Below the pieces are notes generated by a model. That model was not told the origin of the DNA and did no database searches. It saw only the letters and a program-made list of their open reading frames with translations. Positions 16,957-20,000 of a DNA stretch of 20,000 nt are shown here, in pieces (positions within the stretch are counted from its first letter, which is position 1; each line of letters starts with the position of its first letter). The stretch lies in IMG/VR virus record IMGVR_UViG_3300009507_000010, one strand, 5' to 3'. Origin of the DNA: an uncultured virus (IMG/VR IMGVR_UViG_3300009507_000010) (taxonomy: Duplodnaviria; Heunggongvirae; Uroviricota; Caudoviricetes). A program made the position numbers and the translations under genes.

Positions 16957-17384
16957 AAGATGTACTAGCCGCAATCGATATGGGTGCAAAGTCTGTATGG
17001 GATGAGCTAGACGTCGATCAGCGCAAGCAGGTTAGCTTCTGGCTACTCAATAGATATGTGTCAGGAGTTAGCGGCAGTAGAGAAAAGCAAGAACTTGCCA
17101 TCTTTAAGACTAACGAGTACTACAATAAAAATTATATGTCAGTTAGTAAAGAACAAAAACTAATGTGGCAACTGTTGTGCATGAGCGGCAATACTGGTAA
17201 GATAGAATACCATCCATGGATTGGTTTGAAAAAGAAAACCGGTAGCAACAACAAAGCAATAAAGTTACTAGAACAAATTTATCCACACTTAAAGAACGAC
17301 GAGGTAGAATTACTTGCTAGAATATCTACAAACAAAGAACTCAAACAACTTGCGCAAGAGCACGACATTGACTTCAAGCCCTAA
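16932..17384 (+). CDS. Probable clamp-loader small subunit, T4 gp62-like
   Basis: Pattern FWLLNRYVS...NEYYN...KLMWQLL...HPWI..KKK...LLEQIYP...VELLARI resembles the gp62 family; judged by eye only. Confidence 0.45.
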   Translation: MAAEKLPIKDVLAAIDMGAKSVWDELDVDQRKQVSFWLLNRYVSGVSGSREKQELAIFKTNEYYNKNYMSVSKEQKLMWQLLCMSGNTGKIEYHPWIGLKKKTGSNNKAIKLLEQIYPHLKNDEVELLARISTNKELKQLAQEHDIDFKP

Positions 17385-18057
17385 GCCATATGTATGTGAA
17401 TACTGTGGCGGCAGCTACGTTAAAGAGTCAACTCTTGCAGTGCATCTTTGCGAAAAGAAACGTAGAGCATTGCAAAAGGATGAAAAGCGTGTACGGCACG
17501 GGTTCTATGCATTTCAGCGTTTCTATAAACTAAGTGCAGGAGCAAAGAAAGAAAAAACATACGAAGAGTTTTGCAAGTCACCATACTATAATGCATTTGT
17601 TAAGTTTGGCAGTTTCATTAGTAATGTTAAGCCGTTATATCCAGAAAAGTATATTGATTACGTTATTAAGAGCGGAGTCAAATTAGATCACTGGTGCCGC
17701 GATGAGCTTTATGAAAAGTATGCGTTAGAATTGATTCTTAAAGAAGATGCAACGACTGCACTAGAACGTAGTATTGTTACTATGGTAGAATGGGCAAAAG
17801 AAAACGATAGTGTATACAATCATTACTTTAATTATGTTAGTCATAATAGAGCAGTCCAACATATACGCGACGGAAAAATTAGTCCGTGGATTGTTCTTAA
17901 TTGTGCTAGCGGCAAAGCAATGTTAGCACAATTCAACGACGAACAATTGAAATTAGTCTATCAAGTTATTAATCCTCAACACTGGGCTATGCGATTTAAA
18001 AGATTGCCTCTAGACGTACAACTTGTAAAAGACGTTGCTAAGGAAGCGGGACTCTAA
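17368..18057 (+). CDS. Zinc-finger (C-x2-C-x12-H-x-C) protein
   Basis: KPYVCEYCGGSYVKESTLAVHLCEKKRR; likely start TTG 17368 (ORF track 17314). Confidence 0.65.
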   Translation: MTSSPKPYVCEYCGGSYVKESTLAVHLCEKKRRALQKDEKRVRHGFYAFQRFYKLSAGAKKEKTYEEFCKSPYYNAFVKFGSFISNVKPLYPEKYIDYVIKSGVKLDHWCRDELYEKYALELILKEDATTALERSIVTMVEWAKENDSVYNHYFNYVSHNRAVQHIRDGKISPWIVLNCASGKAMLAQFNDEQLKLVYQVINPQHWAMRFKRLPLDVQLVKDVAKEAGL

Positions 18058-18284
18058 TGAAACCTAATACTAACTTTGATTTTAATGTAGAAGAACTTGC
18101 TCTAGTAGAAGAGTCTATGCAATATCGTATGCGTAGATTATTAGCACGTCGAGAAACTGTTGTAAAAGAAAACAGCAAAATTAAGATTGACAAAGAAGTA
18201 AAACAAATATATACTTTACTAGGTAAGATACACAATCAAAAGGTTTGGTTTACTACTACAGACAAATTCCAAGGCGGAGGTTAA
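18057..18284 (+). CDS. Small basic hypothetical protein
   Basis: TAATG stop/start overlap with the upstream gene; 75 aa, helical-looking. Confidence 0.6.
   Translation: MKPNTNFDFNVEELALVEESMQYRMRRLLARRETVVKENSKIKIDKEVKQIYTLLGKIHNQKVWFTTTDKFQGGG
18187..18215 (+). promoter_or_regulatory. Intragenic sigma70-like promoter upstream of mini-DnaE
   Basis: TTGACA 18187-18192, 17 bp, TATACT 18210-18215; 70 bp before ATG 18286, which has SD GGAGG at 18276-18280. Confidence 0.7.
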
Positions 18285-18285
18285 T

Positions 18286-18852
18286 ATGCCTGATATTGAT
18301 ATTGACTTTGCAGACAGAGACATTGTTTTAAACAAGATCAAGCATCGAGTTGCAAAGCTAGATACTGGCAAAAAACATAACACTGGTGTTTATGTAACAG
18401 AGATTCCGCACAATCCGTTTAATGAAATATCTACTATTGACTACAAGGCCGCAGACGAACGTGGTTACTTTAAACTAGACTTCCTTAACGTGAGCATATA
18501 CAAAGACGTTAGGGATGAAGCACACTTAACACAACTAATGGAAAGGGAACCAATATGGCAACTACTGGAACACACAGACTTCAGCGACAAAGTCTTTCAT
18601 CTCAACGGGCACGGCGTACTGTTGCAGCAATTGAAGCCTACTTCGGTGGAACAATTAGCAGCGACACTAGCAATCATTCGACCAGCGAAGAGGCACCTGA
18701 GTGGAAGCAATTGGAATTTGATTTTTCAAGAGGTTTGGAAAAAGCCTGAAGAAGGCTATTATTTTAAGAAGGCACACGCAGTATCTTATGCAATGGCATG
18801 TGTTGTACACATGAATTTAATATGTGAGCAGTTGGCAGATAATGGATCTTGA
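18286..18852 (+). CDS. Minimal DnaE (Pol III alpha)-like catalytic core, 188 aa
   Basis: MPDIDIDF, KHNTGVYV (cf. HAAGVVI), GYFKLDFLNV (cf. GLVKFDFLGL), LKPTSVEQLAATLAIIRP, YYFKKAHAVSYA (cf. YGFNKSHAAAY), all in DnaE order. Confidence 0.85.
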   Translation: MPDIDIDFADRDIVLNKIKHRVAKLDTGKKHNTGVYVTEIPHNPFNEISTIDYKAADERGYFKLDFLNVSIYKDVRDEAHLTQLMEREPIWQLLEHTDFSDKVFHLNGHGVLLQQLKPTSVEQLAATLAIIRPAKRHLSGSNWNLIFQEVWKKPEEGYYFKKAHAVSYAMACVVHMNLICEQLADNGS

Positions 18853-19543
18853 AGTAGACTTAATTATTACTAACTGGAGCAGTAAGTACAGTGATCGTAT
18901 GTTCGATGCTTGGCAGCATATTAGTATTCCTAAACTTGCTAGGAACTCTGTTCCTGATTGGCATAAAGATACTATGCCATTAGATGAAGACAGCAATAGA
19001 ACAATTAAAAAGTGCATGCCGGTAACAGATGCAATAACTTCCGGATACATTATGCCAGCGCCGGTTGATATGCTAATATACACCGACACAGATAATAACT
19101 TACAGTTCAAATGCCAGTATGGCGAATTCTTTGTATCAAGGCATTCACAGACACAGTATGCTAAAACCCCGTATAAAGATAATACAGTTTTAAAGTTTGA
19201 TTTTCCTTGGATATTTAAAACACCGCCCGGCTGGAGTATGTTATATACACAACCATTTCACAGAGACAACTCTAAATTAGAAGCTCTATCAGCTATTGTA
19301 GAAACAGACACATACTATAACAGCGTTAACTGCCCTGTACAAATTAAAGATTGGCCTGTTGGCGAGATGCTAGAAATACCCAAAGGCTATCCGCTAGTAC
19401 AAGCAATTCCTTTTAAGCGTGAAGAATGGAAGATGAATATGAAACACGTTGACTGGAATGCGCACTTTAAAACAACGCTTGAGTTTGTTAAGAATACTAG
19501 TGCTTATAGAGACGAGTATCGAGAAAAGAAAAAGTTCAGTTAG
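18842..19543 (+). CDS. DUF6065-like phage protein (possible dUTPase-like beta fold)
   Basis: TIKKCMPVTDAITSGY, PWIFKTPPGWSMLYTQP, IVETDTY, IPKGYPLVQAIPFKRE; start ATG 18842 or 18824. Confidence 0.55.
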   Translation: MDLEVDLIITNWSSKYSDRMFDAWQHISIPKLARNSVPDWHKDTMPLDEDSNRTIKKCMPVTDAITSGYIMPAPVDMLIYTDTDNNLQFKCQYGEFFVSRHSQTQYAKTPYKDNTVLKFDFPWIFKTPPGWSMLYTQPFHRDNSKLEALSAIVETDTYYNSVNCPVQIKDWPVGEMLEIPKGYPLVQAIPFKREEWKMNMKHVDWNAHFKTTLEFVKNTSAYRDEYREKKKFS

Positions 19544-19911
19544 TTTTTGTCTTTTCGTATTAGCTGTACTGATTTTCGTTTTACTCGTTTTAGTGTTAGG
19601 TTGTTTAAGTTTACAGTAGGACCAATAACTACTCTTACATCTTTAGAGTTCATTGTCATCATAGCATACTTTAAATCTGTAATCTCATTTCTTAAAAAGA
19701 TATTAATAGGTATCATTCGATTAGATTCCCACCACCATATCTCGCCTAGTTCTAATAATTGTTCTTTATGTTTTTCCGAATGTAAGCCTTCATAAACAAT
19801 CATAGTAGTAATGTATTGATCCTGATTGCAAACGATGCCGACATACTCGGCGCCGCCGTAACTAACTACGCTTACGAATGGAAATTTTTCTTGAATATCT
19901 TTAGTTAACAT
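19540..19911 (-). CDS. Hypothetical phage protein
   Basis: Start reassigned to ATG 19911 (MLTKDIQEKFPFVSVV...WWWESNRMIPINIFL); stop overlaps the convergent gene by 4 bp. Confidence 0.7.
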   Translation of the reverse strand: MLTKDIQEKFPFVSVVSYGGAEYVGIVCNQDQYITTMIVYEGLHSEKHKEQLLELGEIWWWESNRMIPINIFLRNEITDLKYAMMTMNSKDVRVVIGPTVNLNNLTLKRVKRKSVQLIRKDKN

Positions 19912-19921
19912 GTCATCTCGA

Positions 19922-19956
19922 TAAATATACTTATGCAAGTATTTAATCAATATTTA
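19922..19956. promoter_or_regulatory. Face-to-face TAAATA boxes between divergent genes
   Basis: TAAATA on + at 19922-19927; TATTTA (TAAATA on -) at 19940-19945 and 19951-19956. Confidence 0.6.
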
Positions 19957-20000
19957 TTAAACAATAGGCTCACACTGGTTGCAAACCTGAGTGACTTCGT
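19933..20000 (+). CDS. 5' end of next gene, partial
   Basis: ATG 19933, 5 nt after TAAATA; MQVFNQYLLNNRLTLVANLSDF is open to the window end. Confidence 0.55.
   Translation, partial: MQVFNQYLLNNRLTLVANLSDF

Noticed and set aside
18555..19543. Frameshifted continuation of DnaE in ORF 18555-18749 or 18824-19543 (pseudogene interpretation)
   Set aside because: Neither contains DnaE motifs; the downstream ORF belongs to a different family, and the 188-aa ORF already holds its motifs in one frame.
1503..19795. Numerous short antisense or alternate-frame ORFs (e.g. 1503-1805, 4123-4437, 7134-7487, 15966-16187, 18817-19110, 19547-19795)
   Set aside because: All lie largely within or opposite well-supported genes and show no recognisable motifs; shadow ORFs.
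1..20000. Stop-codon reassignment, tRNA/rRNA genes, mobile elements, or bacterial chromosomal origin
   Set aside because: Genes are intact and tightly packed under code 11 with TAA, TGA and TAG all used as stops; intergenic gaps are mostly too short for RNA genes and no cloverleaf was seen; no transposase or integrase; gp32/UvsX/UvsY/UvsW content indicates phage despite kdsAB.

Overview
AT-rich, densely coded window from a large tailed dsDNA phage with T4-like replication/recombination genes. Consensus sigma70 promoters plus Kdo-pathway genes point to a Gram-negative host. Order: 3' end of an upstream gene (possibly terminase large subunit), a LysM-containing acidic protein, gp32-like SSB, UvsX/RecA, UvsY, then a ~5.5 kb glycan-modification island (nucleotidyltransferase-cupin fusion, two GT-A glycosyltransferases, three paralogous KpsC/KpsS-like GT-B proteins, FkbM methyltransferase). 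After it come a UvsW-like helicase, a second sugar block (methyltransferase, cupin, DUF805, kdsA, kdsB), a gp62-like clamp-loader subunit, a Zn-finger protein and a 188-aa minimal DnaE-like polymerase core. Two promoter classes are visible: TTGACA-17-TATAAT-like sites (four, two inside coding sequence) and T4-late-like TAAATA boxes, some 5-7 nt before SD-less ATGs and some in face-to-face pairs. The most notable candidate systems are (1) phage-encoded CMP-Kdo synthesis with putative Kdo-transferase-like and methyltransferase genes, the transferases apparently under late control, and (2) the miniature DnaE with its own promoter. All family assignments come from motif recognition by eye; no searches were run.
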